Below are positions 1-9,373 of a DNA stretch of 41,218 nt, piece after piece; the first letter of the stretch is position 1; every line of letters begins with the position of its first letter. A model generated the notes under the pieces. The model was not told where the DNA came from and searched no databases. It saw only the letters and a program-made list of their open reading frames with translations. The position numbers and the translations under genes are program-made. The DNA is from a virus (Duplodnaviria; Caudoviricetes): IMG/VR virus record IMGVR_UViG_3300030433_001389, positions 1-41,218 of that record; one strand, written 5' to 3'.

Positions 1-1
1 C

Positions 2-1492
2 GAATCAATTACAGGTGCAGGTAAGACTGCCATAAAGTTCGCTTCAGTAACGGACACTATATCTCAACGCATGGGCAACACCAATGTTGTTACTGCTGAA
101 CAGATGGAGAAGACTGCTAGACAATGGCAGTCCGAAGCATTCAGTAAGTGGATAGGACTAGGTAAGAACCCTCGCGGCACACTGAAAGCGGGGACAGGTG
201 CAGGTAAGACACGCTTCGCAGTTATGGCAATCATGAATTGGCTTCATGAAAAAGAACATGGCACAGCAGTATTCGTAGTACCTTCACGAACACTCGGTAC
301 TCAAACCAAGAATGCTTTGCGTGCTTTGGGATTGAGTTGCGCTAGGTATTGGTCTGACTTCAAGGAGAAGATGCCTAACAAGGATGTTTACATCACCACC
401 TACACTTCACTACCTTCTATGCTAGACGCGGTTCCTTACTTGAAGAATCGTGATGTCTTACTTGTCCTAGACGAATGTCACAAGGCAGGTGCGAAGAAAG
501 CACTGAAGAATGTCACATCATACAAAGGAGATGCTTGTCTAATGCTGAGTGCTACACCACACAGAACCGACGGTGTTGATGTTCCTTCGCTCATGGAAGC
601 ACCTATCTTCTTTGAGTTGTCATTGATTGATGGTATCAAACAGTCGCGAACTGCTGATGATGCGCTAGACTATACATTCCATGTTGTGTTTGTCAAGATG
701 ACTGATGACGAACAGATTCAGTATGACGAATACTGCGAGAAGATTACTAAGATATGGTTCGTGTTACAGAAAGAGGGTAAAGAATGTGGCGCGAATGTCA
801 ACAACCTATTCCACCGTATGAATGAGGGCATTCAAGCACAACCTTTCAAAAGGAATCTTCGCATTTGGAAGAACCTATTGCTGAAGCGCAAGCGACTCAT
901 CAATGAGATGGAGATTCGTTATTCTGTCTCGCAACAAATCATGCAACTTGAGTACGGTAAGAAGTACATGCTATTCAATCAATCCATCTTCGCTATCGAG
1001 AGACTCAACGGGATGATGAAAGACATGGGTATTCACCCTCGCATCTATCACAGTGGTCTTCAAAAGATTCCAAACGATGTGTTTGAGATGTACCCCGAAC
1101 TAAACAATGAAGGTTTCATCAGACGCTTCAACGAAGCAGGTTCCAATGCAGATGCAGAACTGAAGCGATGGGTTCGCTCGGCATCAGACATCCTGCTTTG
1201 TTGTAAGTCACTCACAGAAGGTTTCGATTGTCCTTCTATGGATGGACTCATCATGGCTAACGGTACTAACACATTGACTCAACGCATTCAAACTATTGGT
1301 CGTGTCTTTAGAGGCGCGAAGCACAAGGACATTTGGATGCTAGTCCACGATGATGAGTCATCCGGTGAGAACAAAGCACTGTATGAATTGATTCACGATG
1401 TAGGAATCGAGCATGACAAAATCAGATACCACTTCAACGGTATCAACCCATCACATATCACAGTCCAACAGGACACGGAGATGATAAATTGA
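2..1492 (+). CDS. Superfamily 2 helicase (XPB/UvsW-like); possibly 5'-truncated by the window edge
   Basis: Walker A GTGAGKT, DECH, SAT, motif V LTEGFD, motif VI QTIGRVFR. The frame is open from base 2 (ESITGAGKTAIKFASV...) to ATG 71. Confidence 0.9.
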   Translation, partial: ESITGAGKTAIKFASVTDTISQRMGNTNVVTAEQMEKTARQWQSEAFSKWIGLGKNPRGTLKAGTGAGKTRFAVMAIMNWLHEKEHGTAVFVVPSRTLGTQTKNALRALGLSCARYWSDFKEKMPNKDVYITTYTSLPSMLDAVPYLKNRDVLLVLDECHKAGAKKALKNVTSYKGDACLMLSATPHRTDGVDVPSLMEAPIFFELSLIDGIKQSRTADDALDYTFHVVFVKMTDDEQIQYDEYCEKITKIWFVLQKEGKECGANVNNLFHRMNEGIQAQPFKRNLRIWKNLLLKRKRLINEMEIRYSVSQQIMQLEYGKKYMLFNQSIFAIERLNGMMKDMGIHPRIYHSGLQKIPNDVFEMYPELNNEGFIRRFNEAGSNADAELKRWVRSASDILLCCKSLTEGFDCPSMDGLIMANGTNTLTQRIQTIGRVFRGAKHKDIWMLVHDDESSGENKALYELIHDVGIEHDKIRYHFNGINPSHITVQQDTEMIN

Positions 1493-2259
1493 ATCCGACG
1501 CAGCAGCAACTAGGCCGGTGGCAACACCGTTTGAACGACAGAATGAATGACGCAGGGAAGTACAAGTCGCAAGACAAAAGGTTCCTTCTCAAGTGTGGTA
1601 ATGGTGCAAACCTTAACACACTTGCCAAGAAGAGAAGGCAACATCTAGCGCGACACCCTAATGACTTGCAAGCAAAGCGAGCAGCAAACCCTCAACCACG
1701 CAAAGAAATAGATAAGCATGGTTTGATAACAGGGCCAAGCCACAATGAATTATGCGAACTTAAAGCAAGAGCAGATTTTGTAGTTACAACAGTTAATATT
1801 CTTCACAATGATGAGAAGATTGCTAGCGGAAAGACTAGCCAAGAAGCATGGTCACAGATAGACCCGCATCAGTATTGTTTCGCAGGTGGACTACCAACAA
1901 ATGTAAGATGGACTACGAGTGATGAAGAAGAAACTTTCACTTTATTCATTTGGTATAGGTCAACTGTAAGAAAGTGGATTTCCTTTGAGCGCAGAGAGAA
2001 TGCAGACAAATATGAAGCAATGGAATTAGAACAGATGATACACGACGCAGGTTATCCTGAGTTGAACGAAGCGAAAGTAATGTACTGCGAGTCTAAGTTT
2101 CAAGCGAAAACTGTCGCGGAACTCAAAGAAGTCTGTCGCTCTCATGCACTACCTGTTAGTGGCACTAAGGGCAGACTGATTGGCAGACTTGTCACATTCT
2201 TTGGTAAGAATCCACAGCATGGCACTGAGTTTGAAGTCGATGGAGGCGAGGAAGAATGA
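1489..2259 (+). CDS. SAP-domain DNA-binding protein
   Basis: C-terminal KTVAELKEVCRSHALPVSGTKGRLIGRL fits the SAP pattern; TTG start overlaps the upstream stop. Confidence 0.75.
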   Translation: MNPTQQQLGRWQHRLNDRMNDAGKYKSQDKRFLLKCGNGANLNTLAKKRRQHLARHPNDLQAKRAANPQPRKEIDKHGLITGPSHNELCELKARADFVVTTVNILHNDEKIASGKTSQEAWSQIDPHQYCFAGGLPTNVRWTTSDEEETFTLFIWYRSTVRKWISFERRENADKYEAMELEQMIHDAGYPELNEAKVMYCESKFQAKTVAELKEVCRSHALPVSGTKGRLIGRLVTFFGKNPQHGTEFEVDGGEEE

Positions 2260-2690
2260 GATTCGAGATAATAATGACAGACATCAAGCAGAATCCGCCA
2301 TACAACTTAGGAGTTGCGCATATCTTTGACAACGAGTTGCAACAGTATGTTGGTAACGCTTGGGGTATGACTATGATTAGAGAGATGGAATCCATCGTGG
2401 AATATCTCAACGAGAATATTCAGTCCGCGCTTATGGTTACTACCATTGACAAGATGCTGAGAGATGATGAGATACGCTTCTTCACTGAGGAAGACATTGG
2501 TAAGGCTGTTACCATTGGCTTTGAAGGTCTGACGATACAAGATACTGTCGAGGAACTTCTCATGCCCGATGGTAAAGTTATCTATGGCCCACGCTTGAAA
2601 CTATCTCGCGTCTTTGCTTGCCTATTATGTCACGACAGTATGGTCGAGTGGAACGCTATACAAAGACAAAAACTAGAGGACGGTGCTTGA
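2256..2690 (+). CDS. hypothetical protein
   Basis: ATGA-coupled ORF with GGAGG SD. Confidence 0.75.
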   Translation: MRFEIIMTDIKQNPPYNLGVAHIFDNELQQYVGNAWGMTMIREMESIVEYLNENIQSALMVTTIDKMLRDDEIRFFTEEDIGKAVTIGFEGLTIQDTVEELLMPDGKVIYGPRLKLSRVFACLLCHDSMVEWNAIQRQKLEDGA

Positions 2691-3078
2691 AATGGATGAC
2701 AACACTATTGTTTATGATGATGGATTCAAACGATTGGTCTTTAGAGGTATGACTAAAAACATGAACACGATGTTCGTGCAACTGAGATTGATTACTCATG
2801 TTAACACATCTTGTTGGGCGACTGCGGACAAGGGTTTCCCTTTGGAGTCGTTGCACATACAAAGAATGAGTGAGTTACTACATGATGAGTTGGAACTGAA
2901 CGGTGATAACAAAGTCTCCATTGTTGAGGACAATGGGGTAGCCTATGAAGGACTAGCCTCACTTTGCACATTCATTCACAGTGAAAGGGCTAGGCATCAC
3001 AAGCCAAAGAAGACTACACCTATGTCTGACAACAGTATCTTTCACTTGACAAGATTGTTTGAGGAAGGTGATGACTAA
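2683..3078 (+). CDS. hypothetical protein
   Basis: Coupled ORF in the operon. Confidence 0.7.
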   Translation: MLEMDDNTIVYDDGFKRLVFRGMTKNMNTMFVQLRLITHVNTSCWATADKGFPLESLHIQRMSELLHDELELNGDNKVSIVEDNGVAYEGLASLCTFIHSERARHHKPKKTTPMSDNSIFHLTRLFEEGDD

Positions 3079-3329
3079 TGGCTAAACTAGGACACAGAAG
3101 GAAGAAGAATATCATTGATGTTACTTGTAAGATATACGCTATCGGGGAAGACTTCACCGCCAATGCTGCTAAGGAAAAGATTGTTTCTTACAGAAGACGC
3201 GGAGGATATACTACCGCGCTTGCTACACATTCAAGTCAATTGGCTTGGGTCTTCAAGCAAAGCAAAGAGATTCGCGCAGTAGGACACGACACTCATCTGA
3301 ATGTTACTATTTGGAGGCGAGTCCTATGA
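3078..3329 (+). CDS. small basic winged-helix-like protein (paralogue of 11268..11546)
   Basis: FTAxxxxE...L..xFKxS...WRRV pattern shared with 11268..11546; fold is inferred. Confidence 0.65.
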   Translation: MAKLGHRRKKNIIDVTCKIYAIGEDFTANAAKEKIVSYRRRGGYTTALATHSSQLAWVFKQSKEIRAVGHDTHLNVTIWRRVL

Positions 3330-3604
3330 GTTATGAAATCATTTGTGTTAATAAGGCAGTCACCCCTTGGGAAAGAACGACTGTGAAAACTGTTGATACC
3401 TATGAAGAAGCGGTGGACTATTGTGCCAACCGCAATCTAACAGTTGGTACTGATTACATGGAAGATGCTCACCATTACTTTGAAAAGATTGCAGTAAAAG
3501 ATACGCGCCGCTGTGGTGCGGTTGCTTTAATCGAAGACAATTTACAGGGTATTGACATCATGGAGTTAGACCCCTTTCCGATTGCAGGAGATGAAGAAGA
3601 ATGA
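3326..3604 (+). CDS. hypothetical protein
   Basis: ATG 3326 overlaps the upstream stop (ATGA); GGAGG SD. Confidence 0.7.
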   Translation: MSYEIICVNKAVTPWERTTVKTVDTYEEAVDYCANRNLTVGTDYMEDAHHYFEKIAVKDTRRCGAVALIEDNLQGIDIMELDPFPIAGDEEE

Positions 3605-3912
3605 CTATTGTAAAGACATGGAGAATACAGAAGACTAGGTTCGGCAATGTGCTTGTTAGAACTGTGACGCGAGAACAAATGAGAGAGATGATGCCTAAGC
3701 ATCGAGGAAACTCTTGGTTCTGCATAGATACATTTGCTGAGAAATTAACATCAGCACTCATAGATGAAGTTGCTGAAGAGAATCAGTTTCATTATGAGTT
3801 GAAGCGTGAACCATTGTGCTGCGCGGATGCTTTTGTTAAACCCGAATCACTGAGGTTGATTCCTCAAGGGTATCATATCGGTGGCTCATATACAGGAAGG
3901 GTGATGGAATGA
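3601..3912 (+). CDS. hypothetical protein
   Basis: ATGA-coupled ORF. Confidence 0.7.
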   Translation: MTIVKTWRIQKTRFGNVLVRTVTREQMREMMPKHRGNSWFCIDTFAEKLTSALIDEVAEENQFHYELKREPLCCADAFVKPESLRLIPQGYHIGGSYTGRVME

Positions 3913-4703
3913 TTGCGATGAGAGAAAGAATGCAAGAAGGATATGCGAAAGCGTACACAAGAGCATGGGTTGTTGATGTTATTCAGATGGGCGACCCGCT
4001 TACTGAAGGTAAGTCCGCTTATGTTCGTGCGATAAGTCCTGTATGGGCCGACGGTGGTGTATCATATACCCCTAGAGATTTGTGGGAAGGTAACAGTAGT
4101 CGCGGAGTATTGTGCGCTAGGTACTTACAACGAGGCGAGAATCCTATCTTCCGTATGATAAACGACCACTCTAATTGGCGACCAATGTATGGCGCGAACA
4201 GTTTGTCAAAGTTTGATAACAACCATTGGAGATTAGATTGTTGGGTCAAAGGTCTAGGACTTGCGCGTATCTATGCTGTCGCAGCATACTGTGACACCAA
4301 GAAGTTCCATACATTTCAAGGCATCACTACCATTGATGACGAAGTTATTTGGAATGAGGACTCGCGTCTAGTTCCTTGTCACCGTGTTCCTAATGTAGCA
4401 CGCAACAACTTTGAGGATGAAGTGTTCTATCGCATTGACTTAGTTGAGAACAAAAACAGACTACCGCGAACAAGTGGTAAGACTAATCTTGAATTAGATT
4501 GGTGGGAAGATGTTGGTGACGGAGAGATTCGCGAAGATATGTATGAGATGGTTGGCACTTATGGTGACGACATGCAATGGGGTGCAAAAGAACATGCACC
4601 TACTGCCATTGAAAAGATGCGCGAATACATCAAGGATTGTGAATGGATAGGATGGAGATACAGTAACACTCGCAGATTATTAGAAGAAGGTGAAGACCTA
4701 TGA
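3909..4703 (+). CDS. hypothetical protein
   Basis: 264-aa coupled ORF with GGTGA SD. Confidence 0.8.
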   Translation: MIAMRERMQEGYAKAYTRAWVVDVIQMGDPLTEGKSAYVRAISPVWADGGVSYTPRDLWEGNSSRGVLCARYLQRGENPIFRMINDHSNWRPMYGANSLSKFDNNHWRLDCWVKGLGLARIYAVAAYCDTKKFHTFQGITTIDDEVIWNEDSRLVPCHRVPNVARNNFEDEVFYRIDLVENKNRLPRTSGKTNLELDWWEDVGDGEIREDMYEMVGTYGDDMQWGAKEHAPTAIEKMREYIKDCEWIGWRYSNTRRLLEEGEDL

Positions 4704-5002
4704 ATGAATACAATAAACGACGATACAAAAATGTTGATGGTAAGTGGATTTACAAACCAAAGACAGGCATGAAACTAAGGCAGATACAACTTGAAGGAAT
4801 ACTGAAAGATGCTGCTTTAACTGAAACGAAGGAACAGTATAGAGAAAGAAGAGGCAACAGACAACCTGTTGCGTTACCTAAACCATACCACTTTGTGGAT
4901 TATGATGGTGTTAGATACTTCTTCAGAAAGACTGAGTACAATACTTCGCGTGTAAGAATAGCAATGAACATTATCAAGGAGTTGAGAAACGATGGAGTTT
5001 GA
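4700..5002 (+). CDS. hypothetical basic protein
   Basis: ATGA-coupled ORF. Confidence 0.7.
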   Translation: MNEYNKRRYKNVDGKWIYKPKTGMKLRQIQLEGILKDAALTETKEQYRERRGNRQPVALPKPYHFVDYDGVRYFFRKTEYNTSRVRIAMNIIKELRNDGV

Positions 5003-5504
5003 TAGAGAAGAGTTTGATGCACTACTGTCTGATAAGCAGACTGTCATTACTATGACAAACAATGACGCAGGTGATGGTGAGAGAATCATTGTCGCTGATG
5101 CTTGCGTCAGACCACACAGTATGCTACGAGAAAAGTATCTGAATCCAATACGAAACATCAGCCATGTTCCATCACATCATGTCACTGAGTGTCCTAGATG
5201 TGGTGACGAATGGCACGCACTACACACCAAGTTAGAGAACAAGGTGGAATACTACACCTGCGCTAGCAAGTGTGGTCTATCTATTTGTGCTGATACTTAC
5301 GACAGATTCGCGCGTAAGATTAATAAGACTGAGGGTGTAGCAAATAATATGCCGCGCGAATCAGAGATTGCAACTGTTACTGAACAGGCAACAATATCAT
5401 TCAGTTCTGCTGATTCAAAACCAAAGTCAGTTTCATTCGCGTCTGTTGAAGAACCTAAACCAACGGTGTCTTTTACATTCGTATCAAAAGGAGGCGATGA
5501 ATAA
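4992..5504 (+). CDS. Zn-ribbon protein with repeated [VI]SF tail
   Basis: CPRC...CASKC; tail TISFSS/SVSFAS/TVSFTF. Confidence 0.75.
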   Translation: MEFDREEFDALLSDKQTVITMTNNDAGDGERIIVADACVRPHSMLREKYLNPIRNISHVPSHHVTECPRCGDEWHALHTKLENKVEYYTCASKCGLSICADTYDRFARKINKTEGVANNMPRESEIATVTEQATISFSSADSKPKSVSFASVEEPKPTVSFTFVSKGGDE

Positions 5505-5668
5505 TGAATCGGTTTCAACTTGACATCATACGAAGCGATGATGCTATTAACAGACACAAGATTTCGTTTGAGATATTCAAGCGTATCTTGACACCATACT
5601 GCGCAGCGCAAATAGTCGCTGGCAAATCACAGTCCAACGGACAAAATAAACAGGAGGAATATGCGTGA
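5504..5668 (+). CDS. 54-aa hypothetical protein (not in ORF track)
   Basis: MNRFQLDIIRS...QEEYA; TAATG overlap at the start, GTGA overlap at the end, exactly fills the gap. Confidence 0.65.
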   Translation: MNRFQLDIIRSDDAINRHKISFEIFKRILTPYCAAQIVAGKSQSNGQNKQEEYA

Positions 5669-7761
5669 GCAGTAATAACCCAACAGAAGCAAACCGCATC
5701 GCCGTCGTAGGCGATGTGGTGTCAACCAACGAACAAAACCAAATGACTGAGGTGTCAGTAACATACCAAAAGAATCCTACATGGATTCCTAATGCTTGTA
5801 TCAAAGATACAATCAAAGTGTCGGCGCAATCGCTACACTTGTTACAAGATGCAACACTAGAAAACGGTCTAACAGTAAAGGTCGCAGACAACTACAAGTT
5901 AGATACGAATGGTGACGCAGCAATCCAAGATGCCGCAGACCTTTGGATTGAGTTCGGAGAAGTACAACAAAACGAAAGTGAATCAGTCAGTTTCACCTTC
6001 ACTTCAGCCGAACCTAGTGAGCAAGTCAAAGCCGCGTCGCAATCAATCTCGTTTGAGTCTGCTAGCGATGACGATGCTGATGACTCAGTGCCTAACTTTG
6101 AAGGGCAAAGCATCGAGTTGTCTGAAGTCGTCGAGCAAGACGAAGAGAAGGCTGCGAAGAAGAAGTTGAATGCAATCGAGAAGGCTGCACTAGCACGCGA
6201 AGAGCGTTACAGTGAATCCAAAGCAGTTGTTGAAAGTCTGAATACAGACATCAGCAAAGCGATGGCTGGCGGTAAGAGAGCAGGTGACATCGGTACTGAT
6301 TCACCCGAAACTCTAGGTGCATGGAACTACGAATGTAAAGCGTACGAATTGGTAATGAAAGCAGTTGACCCTGTAACGGGTGAAGTCTCATACCATGAAG
6401 CGCGTAACGAGAATGGTGACCCGCACTCAAGAGCGATTGTCAATCCGACATTGGCTGATGAAGATAACCCACTAGGTGTAATCATCAACCCAAGAATCGG
6501 TAACAACTTTGAAGCGATTGACCACCCAACAGTGTTCAATCCAATCATCGAATGTGTTCGCGGTATCAATGAAAGCGCAGGTCAAGAAGTTATCACATGG
6601 GATGCTTTCTCTTTCAACAAAGGCGCAAGAGCAATTCTTAACTTAGATGTAACAGGCTTCGCTAACAGTACACGACAGAAGGCAGCCGAAAACCTAAGTC
6701 AGTTTGGCTATGTCAATCTATCAGCAAACAGAATCAGCGATGCGCTTGTTGAAGAAGAGGGCGGACACCGTATCGGTATCTCAATTATGAATGCCAACGA
6801 TGGTAAGTCTGCTCTTCAAGCATTCATGTCTGTGCTTCGCACCTACTGTGGCAACCTTGCTATGCGTGGTGGAGTTCAGAACCTATTGATGGCTGGCAAC
6901 CGTGACAAGATTCGTCACATGAAAGGTGTAGTATCTGAGTTCGACCCCGAAACATTCGCTACCCGAATCACATCTGCTATGCTTGAGTCGCGCAAGAACT
7001 TGATTGCTACCAACATCTTCAGACACTTGCCGATTGAAGCAAACATGTTTGACAAGGTAATGACAGTGTTCAACAATCACGGACTCGTAGCACAACCAAA
7101 GGTTACAGTTCAAGTTGCAGACCTAGACCAACTACCAAAGGACAAGAACGGCAACCCAATGCTGAACGCGGCTAGCCTAAGCAAAGACGCGGTAAAGATT
7201 CTTGGCGGTCACGCATACAACACAGTCCACTCCGGTTGGATGAACCCCGACCTAGACTATGTTGCGCTAACCACTGAGGCAGACAAGGCAGCAGCAGGTA
7301 CAATGTTCCACGCTATGCAGACTGTATCGGGAATGATTACTCACAATCCAATTTGGACTGATGGTAAGAGACTTCTGAAAGGTAACAAGCAGGGTGTTGA
7401 AACTATGATGAAGCGTTCCACCAAAGCCACCAACATGTTTGAAGAGATTGCTTTCGCAGCAGTTGACACTTACGCTAAGGCTATGGCTAAGGAAGTGCAA
7501 GTCGGTAAAGACGACGAAGGTAACCCTATCTATGAAGTACAAGTCCAACCTGTTGATGACTTGGAAGCAATGGGTCAGTGGTTCAAAGAGAACCCCGACA
7601 AGTTGATGGTTCCATACGGTAAGCCTGTGCTAAACGCGGATGGCTCACAGAAGTATGTCAACAACCAGCCTAAGTTTGAGAAGAAGGTCTTGACACCTAT
7701 GGGTGAGATACCGGAGTTCCACGAAACATGGAAGGTTACTGTGCAAGCACAAGCAAACTGA
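5665..7761 (+). CDS. DUF932/DUF945-family protein with long acidic N-terminal extension
   Basis: IMNANDGKSALQ...LRTYCGNL matches the family motif NSHDG...RxxCxN; GGAGG SD. Confidence 0.75.
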   Translation: MSSNNPTEANRIAVVGDVVSTNEQNQMTEVSVTYQKNPTWIPNACIKDTIKVSAQSLHLLQDATLENGLTVKVADNYKLDTNGDAAIQDAADLWIEFGEVQQNESESVSFTFTSAEPSEQVKAASQSISFESASDDDADDSVPNFEGQSIELSEVVEQDEEKAAKKKLNAIEKAALAREERYSESKAVVESLNTDISKAMAGGKRAGDIGTDSPETLGAWNYECKAYELVMKAVDPVTGEVSYHEARNENGDPHSRAIVNPTLADEDNPLGVIINPRIGNNFEAIDHPTVFNPIIECVRGINESAGQEVITWDAFSFNKGARAILNLDVTGFANSTRQKAAENLSQFGYVNLSANRISDALVEEEGGHRIGISIMNANDGKSALQAFMSVLRTYCGNLAMRGGVQNLLMAGNRDKIRHMKGVVSEFDPETFATRITSAMLESRKNLIATNIFRHLPIEANMFDKVMTVFNNHGLVAQPKVTVQVADLDQLPKDKNGNPMLNAASLSKDAVKILGGHAYNTVHSGWMNPDLDYVALTTEADKAAAGTMFHAMQTVSGMITHNPIWTDGKRLLKGNKQGVETMMKRSTKATNMFEEIAFAAVDTYAKAMAKEVQVGKDDEGNPIYEVQVQPVDDLEAMGQWFKENPDKLMVPYGKPVLNADGSQKYVNNQPKFEKKVLTPMGEIPEFHETWKVTVQAQAN

Positions 7762-7805
7762 TTATTCAGTAGTTCCCTTATTGGAGAGAGAAAAAAGATT
7801 ACACT

Positions 7806-7977
7806 TGTGGTTTGAGGATAACCACAGCGCATAGCAAAAACACCTCAACCATATGGGGGAGGGTGCATCATCATGCATCCCCGCATCTGTTCATTTGTCA
7901 TCCCCGAACATTGCACCCTCCCCCGCCTCTTCGACTATCGTTGCTCATGGAATGATGAGCGCGTAGCGAAACGGAGG
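7806..7977 (+). ncRNA. putative structured RNA / leader (pseudoknot + 13-bp stem + SD-occluding hairpin)
   Basis: TGTGGT/ACCACA stem whose loop TTGAGG can pair with CCTCAA; perfect inverted repeat 7855-7867/7912-7924; irregular hairpin 7926-7977. Confidence 0.5.
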
Positions 7978-7985
7978 AAAACAAT

Positions 7986-8702
7986 ATGCCCCCAAAGAAG
8001 CAGAAGAACACTAAGTTCAAGAAGACCAGCAAAGAAACCCTAGTGCAATTCGTTGCACGCGTCGTTAACAGTATAGGTAAAGCCGTTACTGTTGAAGAAG
8101 TGTGGAACAGAATCAGTAGTCAGACCAAAGAAAACTACGGCAAACACAAGCGCGCACATAAGAGAACCAAAGCACTTGACAAATTGAAAGTCGGTGCTAC
8201 CTTATCCTATGCCGCGAAGAAGGAAATGATTTCCAAGAAGAAGTGTGGAAAGAATGTTTGCTACATGCCTAACGGAATAACTGAAGATGTTAGTGGAGAG
8301 GAAATCCCTATCCCTAAGTTCAGCAAAAGCGACTACACTAAGACACCGCTTGAAGCAATAGACGAAGCGGTTGAAGAAGCAGCACAGATTGTTCGTAAGA
8401 AGATTGAGCCTAAGTACCAACCAATAAATCACAGTGAGGTGTTCCAACCATTAGAAGATGAGAAGAAGAGGCAGCGTCAACGACTAGGTATTGATACCCC
8501 AAGTGGACTAGGTTCATTGTTTGAAGACAACAAGTTCCCTAACGAATACGGACTTTCGTTTGTTCAAGTCGCGGCTCTATACTACGGTGTAACTATCGAA
8601 AGGATAGAGAGGATTGTTTTGTTTGCGCTACACGCTGTTGATGCTGACGGCTACCCTCACATTAACCTAAGACAAGTTCTTCACAAGGAGTTGGGTCAAT
8701 GA
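7986..8702 (+). CDS. hypothetical protein with Lys-rich, possibly winged-helix N-terminus
   Basis: GGAGG SD at 7973; basic N-terminal half. Confidence 0.75.
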   Translation: MPPKKQKNTKFKKTSKETLVQFVARVVNSIGKAVTVEEVWNRISSQTKENYGKHKRAHKRTKALDKLKVGATLSYAAKKEMISKKKCGKNVCYMPNGITEDVSGEEIPIPKFSKSDYTKTPLEAIDEAVEEAAQIVRKKIEPKYQPINHSEVFQPLEDEKKRQRQRLGIDTPSGLGSLFEDNKFPNEYGLSFVQVAALYYGVTIERIERIVLFALHAVDADGYPHINLRQVLHKELGQ

Positions 8703-9373
8703 CTGTTGGTTGGACTTGTAAGTGCGGCCACTTCAATGAAGTAGCGGATGCCAAAGTTGGCACACATAATATTCTAGGAGTTTGCGAGAAGTCTTGCGGC
8801 TCTAGTAACATCATGGTTCCCTTTGAAAAGAGGGAGGTTGATACAATGACTGAATGGAAATTGAATGCACAAAACAAAAGCACAGACACAGGACTGACAC
8901 GCGCAGTTCAAGAAGTAATAGACCTAAACGATGACAACCGCATGGAAGTTCTCGGCAGAACATTTGGTGAAGCCGAGTTACAAGCCTCGATTGAGATTGC
9001 AGGGTCACCGGATAGAGTAATGGGTGTAGCCATCATGGATGGCAGACCTGTAATGCTAGGTGACTGTCCTTGCAAGGGCGAACACTGTCGCGCTGCTTGG
9101 GGATGGACTTGGAAGACACGCGACTTGAACATGACCGGACACCGAGGTAGTATTCACGCAGAACCTTGTAAGAGTTCCACGCCAACTATCTTCAACCCCG
9201 CGATTGGTGAGTTCCAATACGCTGCACCTTATGGTATGGATGTGGAACAATTCTATCGCTTCCAGCGTGAAGAGTGGGGTGATGTGGATAAGTTAGGACT
9301 TGCTAACTTCATGGCTGCGAACATCGCTAGTGCTGAAGGTAGGAAGAAGAGTGGCGATTGGGTGGTGGACTAA
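8699..9373 (+). CDS. Cys-rich hypothetical protein
   Basis: CKCGH...CEKSC and CPC...HC. Confidence 0.75.
   Translation: MTVGWTCKCGHFNEVADAKVGTHNILGVCEKSCGSSNIMVPFEKREVDTMTEWKLNAQNKSTDTGLTRAVQEVIDLNDDNRMEVLGRTFGEAELQASIEIAGSPDRVMGVAIMDGRPVMLGDCPCKGEHCRAAWGWTWKTRDLNMTGHRGSIHAEPCKSSTPTIFNPAIGEFQYAAPYGMDVEQFYRFQREEWGDVDKLGLANFMAANIASAEGRKKSGDWVVD

Noticed and set aside
7855-7924. tRNA gene
   Set aside because: About 70 nt with a closing stem, but no cloverleaf or TTCG T-loop inside
7952-7958. C/D box sRNA (ATGATGA)
   Set aside because: No suitably placed CTGA box D seen
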